A stretch of DNA of 64,000 nt, from positions 256,660-320,659 of the forward strand of contig JAQGDQ010002366.1 of assembly GCA_030141605.1 (NCBI GenBank). Direction: 5' to 3'. The translations under genes and the position numbers were made by a program. The notes under the pieces are model-generated. The model was given only the letters and a program-made list of their open reading frames with translations. It was not told the origin of the DNA and ran no database searches. Position 1 is the stretch's first letter; each line of letters opens with the position of its first letter. Shown piece by piece: positions 13,451 to 24,338 of this stretch. The DNA comes from Tubiluchus corallicola (taxonomy: Eukaryota; Animalia; Priapulida).

Positions 13451-16154
13451 TGTTGTGATACTGTTGGATAGTTTGCATACATGTCTGCTTTGTCATGTTG
13501 GGACTGCAGCTCAAAAGGAGAAAACATGGGATTTCTAATTTCAATACCTGTTGGCGGGAAAGTCCCGACTGACTCTCAACCTTTCAGCGTTTCCTTCTTT
13601 CTTAACTCATTGGATGCTTACTAACTGTTGCTATACATTATGCGAAATTTAATGATTAATTAATTCAAGCTTCCCCTATCATAATTTAGTGCGTTTATTT
13701 TTTTAAACTTGAAAATGTCCATAGAGTATTTCGTTCCCATTCAGTTTGACTGATCATTACAAATTATACAAAGTTCATTACAAATTCTATTGGTTAAAAT
13801 TATTTCCAAAGAGAAAGACTGACATTGAGCACCACTAAACTGTCATTTCGTCGTCACTGTCGCCTACCAGTTATTTTATCTTTTACAGACAATGTTCACT
13901 TTCAAAACGAACTGTGCGACTATTTCATGTCGAAGTGTAAAAAATATTAATAATTAATTATTCCAAGTAAATTTTTGCTAAAAGTTTTAATATAATGCGT
14001 TATTGTTTCAAAACTTTTAAACTCCCGCTATGCGACGATGACTCTGTGCATTAATACTGACACCGCCTTATCCTGAACGTCAAAAGATCTCTTTTATAGC
14101 TTATCTCCACTTTTTCTCGGCGAATGTTATAATCTAAATTGTCTTTATGGCTTTCCAAAATTTGTATTTCTGCTTTTGATGTCACCATTGACGTTGGGTA
14201 ACAACGCAAACTGATGTTACCTAAAATAGAATATGCTTCGCAGTATCCAATAGAAGAATCCAAGCATCGACTGAGATCAATGCACGTTCATACTTTCGTA
14301 AGTTAGTAATAAATTTAAACTTTTTTTGTCTTAGTGTTTTGACTAAAATGACGATCTAGTTTATGAATTTTACAGATGAAACATGGATTACGCTGTAATA
14401 TGTTAAATATACCACAATAACCAACGAAGATTTTATCATTTTTTATTAAAAAATAACAATAACAATGTTTCTATTACACTCTAACAGTAATCAACCAACA
14501 TGTAACAAAAAGTTTCTCGTTGCGCGTGATGACGCTGCTAGTGTGCAGTTGAAATGTTTTAATTTCTTAATGAAAATCTTGAAAAAAATCATTGGTTATT
14601 GTGAGATATTTAACAAATTTGTCGTCCTTGCTATATTGAGAATTTGAAAGCTACAATGTGTCCTTTCTTAGGTAAATCGTGATGGTTTTTGTTTGTAATA
14701 TCATTAAAATGTTACGTCATATACGGATTTTGACACTCATCACGCTACAATTTCCGGTAGGCCACGTCACCTCTATGAGAAAACTAAACAGGATGCGGAG
14801 ACGAATAGTGTGACTCTTGTTTGAAAATGGTTTTGTTAGTTTACTGTTCCACTTTTGAAGAGTTTTGCCAGCACCAAGATTTTACGTTGCCTATCCAAAA
14901 CCAGCGAAGCGACAAGTTCACTGTTTGTAGCAGAAAAGGTGAAAGCCTTGCAGGCATGAACAGCCACATAAGACATAATGCTGTTTTCGAAGAAAATGCT
15001 TGGCAAAGAGGCATGTAATGCAGCATAAAGATTACTAGTCTATCGCTGTCATCACTTTAAATTTGGGAATTATTATGTTTATTGACAGGATTAACTACCC
15101 ACGATATTATCATCTGATAATAAATAATGTTATAAGAGGAAAGGTGCTGTCGACACATGCGACTGTAACGACTAAATCGGAAGGTTGTGGGCCAGTAAGT
15201 AACTTACACTATTTTAGATTTACTCGAAGAAAATTCTATTGCAAAATTATTTGGAACGCTTGAACTTTAATCGCTGAAGTTTCATGCTATTTTTCTTATA
15301 TAATCATAATTTTATTCTGGTTTACATTGTAGTGGGTGAACTTATATGGCAGCATTATGGTACAGCCAGTATTTTTAGGTTTAAAAGCTGTTGAAAATAA
15401 AACTCAAACGGTCGATTATTTTCATTTATAAGATCTGTTTGACCCTATGTAGATCGGGTAAAGCTGGACCTGTGTTTTTACAATGTTTATTGTTTTTATA
15501 TTGAATGAAAAATGTTTAGTATTCATTTGCATTCTACACATAATGACAAAATGGTCAAATAAATTCTGGTTGATTTGTATTGCACGCTGAAATAAAAAGC
15601 TTAATTTAATTGCCTTTGTCCTGTATTTTAAAGACAATCGTTCAATGTACGTTCCTCGTTCATTTGCTTTGGAACTTGTTTGTTAAGTTTATTTGAGGTC
15701 TGCGATTGAAAGTCCTTTCAATTCCTGTAGCAATATTTCTTTACGTCACGCTTGTTTTACTGCGAATTTTTAGATACTGGCGCATGACTGAATTACCTGT
15801 TAATGTGATAGTTTTTAATTTCGATCTAAATATATGTTTGTGTGTCATGTGTCCACTTACAACTCTACTCTAATGTGTACGGAGCTATAGGCTACAATTC
15901 ACTTTTGCAACTGTTATAGGTTAAATATCATGATCTTGTAAAGTTGGATGTCGGGTTAGTATAAGTAAATTGTTGTTTCCCATACGGGTCTGTTTCTCAT
16001 AAAAAACTGTGCATTTTTTGTGTATTTCAGGATTATTTCAAAGATGTTTTAATGATTGCTAGAATAACTACTATACGCTGACAAAACGGTAGCAATGACA
16101 ACAGCTGTGGAGTTTATTAACACAATAGCAATCTTCGCCTCAAGTTAACCAATA

Positions 16155-19100
16155 ATGCCACCCCAAGAAATCGAACCTCCGGACGGAGATTACGGGTGGG
16201 TTGTTGTTCTTGCTTCAGCCTGCATCCAAGGGCTTATCACTGGGCAAATCAAATCATACGGAGTCATAGAAGTTGCTCTTGTTGACGATGAAAAACTCAC
16301 GTCAGCAAATCTTGCTCAATGGTTAATAGGAGTGACCAGTACGCTGGCTTATGGCCTAGGTTAGTCTAAAATCCATTATTATAGGATAATGTGCATTATA
16401 ATATATTTTAATAATCTGCTGCATATTGCTGCACGCCAAGAGCACTTGTTGCACAAAGTTAAACCATCAAATGAGTCGCAACATCAAGACAAGAAGTTGA
16501 GCAATTTTGAAGTAAAGGTTGAATCGTACTGAAAGAATAGCAATACTAAATGAAAATGGCTTATGACAAACAAACCACATTGCGCTGTTGGTTAGAGATG
16601 ATCTGTGGATGGATCCACAGTGTTGAGTTAACAGCAGTGAGAAGGCGACCAAGGGGGTAGCTTAATTATTCTTCATCCGAATCATCGAATGAAACAAATT
16701 GCACTCACAGTCATTGAATTTCTGAAATCAAACTTGACTGAAAGGAAGGAAACCTGAAAATGGCTTAGTGGGTATTCAGTGTGCAACACACTGGTTATCA
16801 GGTTGAGCACTGGGCTAGACTTGGAGGCTTAGCAGTTCCAGTGTAACGTAGAAAGAGACGATAAACACTCTACTATAATTTTTCTGTTTTCTGTTCATAC
16901 AATGTATTACTGATTGTTGTTTTAGTAGTTAGGTTAGATAATGCAATATTAGTAACTTTTTCATTAAGCACGAAACGTTTTCACCGTTGTTAAATAATAT
17001 TACAGATTACGTGAGGAATGTTCAGGAAGATTAATATGATATTAATTACGGATATTTTGGAGATTTCTCACGGGTATTTTCAAGCTGGTCAATGTACCCA
17101 CTGGTTTTGCTTGTAGGTGTGATGCATGATTAGCTTATTTCGGTACGTCTTGGCACTTGACAGTTAGATTGCTCCGGCCTCGTTTCTATAGGCCAAACCA
17201 TCCCGGACGATATTGCCCTTTGTGCCGAGGAGCAGTCGACAGCACACAATTATTGTCAGCATTCATTGCTTAGCAATATAGCATTATGTAACAAATCACA
17301 AAATTCGTCATTATGTAACAAATTTTATATCGTTATGTAACTATCATTGTGCAAATGTGTTCTAAGCTAACATATGGTTGGTCGTGGTCTGATTATTGGA
17401 CTGGGAAAGTTTCTTTCTGGTCTGGCCTAGCCGGGTTTGGTCTGACACGGGTTTCTACCAAATGACTCTCTATAGGTTGGATCTTGTGAGGCGCAGCCTC
17501 TCCTACGGAATGTAGGTCCTCACTTTACATGTTTCTCCTTTATTCCCATCCTGACAGAGGGAGTCGATGGCTTCGTTCGTCTTGTATAGTCAGTCCAGAC
17601 CACACTGAGTGAGACCACACCAGGCAGATCTACTACTAGATCCAAACACACATCTAAAAGGGAAAGCCACTGACCCAATCCAATAAGTTTAGACCATAGC
17701 AAACCCCATATGTTAGTCTGCTAATTTATGCATCATTTTTGTTATGTAACTATTGTTACATAATCAGGTAAAATTTATTACATAATAAAAAATTTTGCCT
17801 TTATTACATAATTCAGCATTTTTTGTTACACAATATTGTATTGTTACACAAAGCCTCTTGATGCACAATGAATCTTCACACTAGTATTACTTGCTCGGTT
17901 AGAGTCACACTGCTTGTATTATTCTAGGACCCGTTGCAGCTTTGCTTTCCAACCTCTTTGGATTTCGAAAGATTGCATTTTTTGGTGGTATACTTGCTGG
18001 AGCTGGATTGTGCTTTAGCTACTTTGCTCACCACATTGGTGTGTTATTTGGCACGTTCGGCGTAGTCTTCGGTAGGTTGAAATTAAGCGATTTAAATTTG
18101 TTTGTGTACGCTAAACCTTTAGAATACGAGGATATGTATATATAGATATATATGTTACTTACATACTGTCTTATTGCGCACAGAGCTTATGTTAGCAGCA
18201 ACGCTGTATAAAACTTGAACACTTAAACTCTGTGGCGTAGTTTAAGACCGTAAAGTGCAGCAGCCATTTTGATGTACGTTTGCAGCCATATGTTTGAAAT
18301 TAACATTGCGTAAAGTTTCAAAAAATTTGAGCATTTTTAGCGCACACTTCACTAAGTAAGGAAACGCATAAATGACCTTGTCTTGCCAATGAGGTTAATA
18401 ACATGAGTGGTATTCGGTGAGCGTGTTGTGCACACTGGGAAGGTGGGACAGTAACGTTTTATCGGCTGTCACCAGTATTTTAAATTACTAAGATTTTTCC
18501 TTTCTAGTTGCTTAAGTATTTTAAACATGTAAGCGTAATGCAAAGTAATATAACTGTATGGAAATTTTTTTGGGGGGATTTACTTTAAAATTGCCTTTTC
18601 TTTCCTTTTGTATAACATTTGTAGCATTTCGCGTGGTGTTTCTGCCTCTTTTCAGGTTAATATTACTGTGCATGACTCTTTGTTTGACGTGTCTTGTTCG
18701 CTTACAATAAACTAATAACTAACATTAAAAATTAGATGTTTTTACGAAAGTCCCGCCAGTCATTACTGCTTTTACTCCAGGATTCTTACATTATGTTCTT
18801 TAAAATAAGTCCATATTAGTGTTTATCGTGATGTTACAAAATAATGCCACTTCTACTTAAACGTTTTTTAATCAACAAGTTCTTTTTTATTGTTTAGCTT
18901 TGGGTGCTTCTTTATCCATGGTATCTGCTTCCAGCATTATTCCTCAGTATTTTAAGAAGAGGCTGACATTTGCGTATTCCTTAGTAACAATTGGCAGTGG
19001 GATATCAAGCATCGTCATGCCTCTCCTCAGTACTGTGTTGCTGCGAAACTATGGATATACGTGGACATTTCTGATTTATGGCGGCATAACATTTCTCATC

Positions 19101-20805
19101 TGTGCCTGTTCTTTTTCTTTGAAGAGTTACGAGCCGCCGAATGCTGACGACAGCGGCAACTCCATCATTTTTCCCAAAAACAAGCTCCAATTATTTGCTG
19201 TCATGTTTGACACACCCGAAAACATCCTACAGAAGACAAGAAAAGTGAGTTCCGCCAGCATTCAAGGGTTTCACACAAGCTTGCTGAAAGATTGCAGATT
19301 TATTTTTTATATATTTGCTGTGATGTGTTTTCGTTTAAATTACGGTGTTGTGTTCAATTTATTACCGCTGCGGATTAGCAGAGAGAATAACTCTGGCTTT
19401 GAGTGTAATAATTGCACTGATTACGATTACTATACTGATGATATTGACGATTCGCAGTCAATGTTCGTGAACGGAAGCACATTGCTGGCTATCATGAGCA
19501 CAACAGAAGTGATCTTTCGTCTGGTGTGGGGTGCTCTGTGGAGCTGGAAAAAACTTACTAAACCTTGTTTTCGGCAAGTAGGTTTTGGTATGTATCTAGG
19601 TCTAACTGGAATTGTAACAGTGCTATTAGTGACACTGCCAGTGTTCAAGCAATCCTTAGCTTTGCAGTGCTGGGCAGCAGTTATGGGCTTCCTGCAAAGT
19701 GGCAATCAGCCGTTGCTGTACACAGTGGCAAACGATATTGCAGGAAGTCACCGCACGGCAACATCGATAGGCCTTCTCCATCTTGCAACTTCCATAATAT
19801 TTCTCTTAGGCTCAGGGTTAACAGGTAAGCTAATAACTCTGCATTACTCTGCATAAGTCATCAGAACATGCCAATATCGTTGTCCAATACCAACGCTAAG
19901 TCATTACAACTACGTCCATCACTAAATAGACTACCATGGCTTCCTCATTCTGTAAAGAACAAAAATAGACGATGCCACAGCCATACTGTCACGAATGAAC
20001 GAAGGATCAAAATGCTTTAAGTCTCAAAAATAATCTTTATTTCCTGACTTGTACTTATTTACAAATGTGCTCATTTAATTCTTCTCTTCTTTTGTATTTA
20101 TTTGTTCACCAGATTAATCACTATACTTCGAAACGCTCTGTCCTTTATTTCCTTTTTCAGTTTTTTATTGTGGGTCTTTTTATTCATTAATTACTGCTAA
20201 GGTGTTGTATTCAATTTGTCATTGCAATTCCGTGGCTCAAAGTCAGGGTATCTATGTGTTAGATAAGTCATCCGAAATACAATCAAAAATTTTTTGGCTT
20301 TTTAGGTTTCTTGATCGATTTCGATGGAACACAAACTGTGTTTTTAGTTGGTGGTGGCGCTGCAGTACTTGGTGGAATCGTATCGTGTCTCATAGTCCTT
20401 CTACCAGAAAAAAAGAAATCGTATCGCAAAGTGGATGGATCTGCCTTGATAGCATTCAGTTTAGCGGGAGGTGGCTTCCTTGTTGGACCATTCTTAACTG
20501 CTTCTAGGCGCACAACACGCCGTAGTACATCTAGAAGAGAACCACATTCAAACAGGGAAAGCATCATTGGGTCTGTATTACGCAAAGCAATAAGGACCTT
20601 TAGCACACAAGCAAGTCAAGTTATGGTGTCGTCCGAAATCATAGATATTCAAAATGCAAAACCAGGTGATATAAAAGGTGTCCACGGCCTGGTGGATGTT
20701 CAGGAAGAAGAGAATATGGAACGCACTGAAGATGACATCGTGGATCTAGACTCTGAAGAGTTGCATGGTGTCTATCCCACTGTTAAGCCTTATGGTGTAT
20801 ACTAG
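16155..20805 (+). CDS. SLC16 / monocarboxylate transporter family MFS transporter (~591 aa)
   Basis: Exons 16155-16359, 17928-18071, 18898-19824, 20306-20805; all GT-AG, phase-1 introns, total 1776 nt. N-terminal PPDGDYGWVVV signature, QYFKKR motif after TM4, about 12 hydrophobic segments. The SLC16 paralog cannot be assigned by eye. Confidence 0.9.
17367..17716. mobile_element. MITE with imperfect terminal inverted repeats, nested in a TTATGTAAC/TTACATAA inverted-repeat element (~17280-17850)
   Basis: Left ctaacatatgg...ggtctgattattggactggg versus right cccaatccaataagtttagacc...ccatatgttag. Flanks carry ttatgtaac repeats on the left and ttacataa/ttgttacac repeats on the right. Confidence 0.6.
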
Positions 20806-21463
20806 AAAAACAGTGTACCTTTGAATGCAAAACAATGCCATTTGTGGCATTGTTCACCATTTGTTCACAAACAACACCTCATAATATTTGCGTAGCATAA
20901 TTTTTTATTGGCGTGTGTCTTTCTGTGTCTTTCTCTACATTTTTGTTTTGGCGAAAATCTGTTTATCACATGTGAGTACCACAAATGTGAGAATTTTCTT
21001 TTGCTAGCTGCTCTCATTCTAACAGATGAATGTTAAATGAGCCAATTTTGAAAAATGTATGAACTGACAAAAACACATCAACATTTGTGATAATATGTAA
21101 CTACTCTTCTTTAGTAAACGTGTATAAATAGTGATAAAAATTAATAGTGTTAATTATTATTAATAAATTCTTTAAGTATCAACAGACTGTTTCTCTGTTA
21201 AAATTAAACGAAAAATTCTTCTACAAATCCATCTAAAACAACTTGTGTCCCGTTTATAATTCTACTTAATAAACCAATAAAAAGCATCATAATAAATACA
21301 TAATTATTGAAAATCAGAAATGTAGGAAAAATACCTTTAGTTCTAGTAATAACAACTTAAGGCCTTTTATTATTAAATTGCACTTTTTTTCACAGCACAC
21401 ATTAGTTTTGCATTGTATCATTCTTAGATGATAACCTGTTAAATGCATTCTTGTGAGCGCTAG

Positions 21464-24338
21464 TTACAATGTCGTTGTTTTTGAATGGTACCTAGGAGCA
21501 AATGCTGCGCGTCGCATCACAGGTGTGACATCATCAGTGGACGCTGACAGTGGAATGTCAATTCTAGTCAACACTGGTCTGGTCGGTGAGGTGATATCTG
21601 CTGCTTTGACTGTCACCCGCATTGGGTATATTGGGTGTGACATTAGTTTAGACTTCTCCAGCTCCTCCTTTTTCATCAAAGGAGATATCAAGTTTTCAAA
21701 TGGAACCATACCTGTCAATTTATCATTTTTCTCTGCTGATCCCACTGAGTTTGTTACTGATATCACTGAGTTCATTTTATCACCTTTTGTCATGAGAGAA
21801 TTGGCACTAGTAAATGACACTACTGACTGGGTATCGCATCGGATAGTGGCGCTGCACACACTTAACCGAGGACTTCCTTTTTGTGACACCTCTTTCATTG
21901 CATTTCGCTGTTCTTTATATTGCCTCCAGGCTCTTCGAGCTGAAGAGCTTTTGGTCCGTATTAAACCCCGTACTTTCACTGGACTATCTGAAATAGTTGA
22001 AAACTTACTCTATGAAATTTATTTGGACTACAGGCATAGTCGTCTCAGAAAACATTTACAGTTTAATAACGCAAAAAATCATAACTAATAAAATCTAGTA
22101 ATGCCAATCAAGGTGCTCTGGGTATTCTATGCAAACTGTTTAAAATCATTCCATTTTACCTCACTCACCAAAAGAGCAGCTAAAGCGCAGGGGTAATATT
22201 TTCTGTTATGTTCTTCAAAAGCAATCAATCATATAGATCCCTCTGTGACATTTTAACAATTAAAATGTTATACATCGACGTTAGAAACAGAATATGTAAC
22301 TTGTTGTTACATTTGTTGTAGAGTGTTGAAACAATTCTTCGTATTCGTATAGCAACAAACGCAAAGGGCCTATTCTTGTTAAATATGTTATCCGTAGTTT
22401 TCTTTATGAAATTTGCAGGCATTTTGCAAAAAATTTTGTTAGAATAAGACTACTATTGTTAATTAAAATGTGTTCGATTGCCATATTTTTTAATAACTGA
22501 TTTAGCCATATTACTGGGCCAACATGTTTTTCCTTTTTACATTTTCTTACACCGGAGTTTATCGTCATCATTACCACCATCTTTAACGTTACCATCATTA
22601 TCTTTTTTTCACTCTTGTTATAACAATAAGTAAGTAAGTCAGTTATTTATTTAATTAAGTATTGAGTATCTTCGAATCCAAAGTATTGACGCTATACTGT
22701 TAATAATTATTAGAATAATAATTAACCAGTGCACAGTACTGTACTTAAATTTTGTTTCTAAAAACTGATAATTGTTTTTGTTGTCTTTTGTCGTCTCTTT
22801 TTCACAAGAAACTTACTGTATTTCTGGAATAATTTGAAGCAGAACTGAACGGTAATGAATAAGAGAGCTGCGACAACCATCAAACCAAAGAGACTGGAAA
22901 ATAAGCGATTGATGCTTTCCCTTTGCGCTTTTGCTGGATCCATAGTTGTGCTTACCTGTAACAAACGCCGCAAGTATATTAATCTTTTAAAGCTTTTCGG
23001 AGAAATCCGGGGAGGAAAGAAGTTCTGGTGAATAAAGTTATGACATTAAAGGTAGTTGATGGTCTCCCTGCCACAGGAGATATTTGTTGCAATTTAGCAA
23101 AAAAACGTCGGCATTTTTGCGTATCTGAGATCTAATAAAAGCCTGGAAGCCTGTAATTAATAATTGATTTTTATATAGATTGCTAAGTCACTTAGGCAAC
23201 TTTCAAGTGGTTTCCGTGCCATCTAAATATTGATTAAGAAAGGAAATAGCCAGAAAAGTGAATAAACAAAATAAAACCACTTAATAAATCTCATTGTTTT
23301 CTTATTGAATATGAGTATTTATATGTTTTAGGAATTTTTCAGGAGCTCTTATTTGCTTCATTGGCGTCCGTAAACATGAATGGAAAAACAATATTGTCTA
23401 ATAAGTCTACGTCTATAAGATTTTCAATTACTTTAAATTGAAACTGTACATGAATTTGGTTGGATATCATGATTTAATTGCAGCTACGATTCTAGAAAAT
23501 GCTGTTTCTTTGGTACCATCCAATTTGTAATCTAACAGAAAAACATTATTTTGTACCTGATACAATAATTTAATTTTCAAACTAGTACTTTGCAGAATAG
23601 TAATGCACACCAATTGCTAATATGTCTGTGTACAATTTATGCATTATTATTACCTTAATTGCACAACGCTCATTAACGCTCATTAGCGGAATCATGTACT
23701 TCTCGGTACCAGGGTGTTTTCAAAACTATGTAAACACTTATCCGCGCATTCAGCTGTACTTATACAGCATCAACAATATTTATGAGATGTTGAACTCATG
23801 TAACTGTCCTGAACAGTTAAATAGTTAATACCAATCGGACGCTATCGACAATCTAGTCAATAATCTTGCCTTTTAATAATGATGACAGAAGCTTCAATGT
23901 GCATAATGAAGTTTTTAACCTTATTAGTGTGGATGCGTAATGGACCTATAACGTAGAACAGGATTGATATTCCTAGATAGTACATTTATCAGTGCCGTTA
24001 ATACGCAAAAGTAAACATGAAATTCGTTTATTAATAGAAAATTCGACAGAAATTACAACTTGACTAAATATTATTTAATTTTTACGACAATTTATTCAGA
24101 ATTTTTGATCTTGGTCTCCATGAGTAGGTTTCATTGTACTTACTTGCAAATGAATTAGGTGAGTGCTGGTAACAGGATATGGACCTTGCGTAATATTGTC
24201 AGTTCGTAAGATATCTAGGTTGTTTTGGCTGAGCACGGGCAACCAAGTGGCTCGTTTCTCTAATTTCCGCTTCATTCTTTTGTAACTGAAAATTACTGCT
24301 TTTTGAGAAATGAAAACTTTTTTGCTAGAAGACTGCAT
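21464..24338 (-). CDS. Unrecognised single-pass membrane protein (216 aa from ATG 22943, or 285 aa from ATG 24338) with C-terminal class I PDZ-binding motif
   Basis: Three separate ORF-track fragments join in frame through canonical sites: 24144-24338 (CAA|gtaagt, phase 0), 22817-22955 (tacag| ... TAC A|gtaagt, phase 1), 21464-21987 (tttcag|AT AGT CCA). One TM segment (LFSSLFGLMVVAALLFITVQFCF), a basic juxtamembrane region, an S/T-rich tail, and the end ...HSKTTTL. Confidence 0.7.

Noticed and set aside
21453-22088. 211-aa plus-strand ORF
   Set aside because: Antisense shadow of the minus-strand exon 21464-21987, which has matching splice phase and a coherent protein; non-ATG start.
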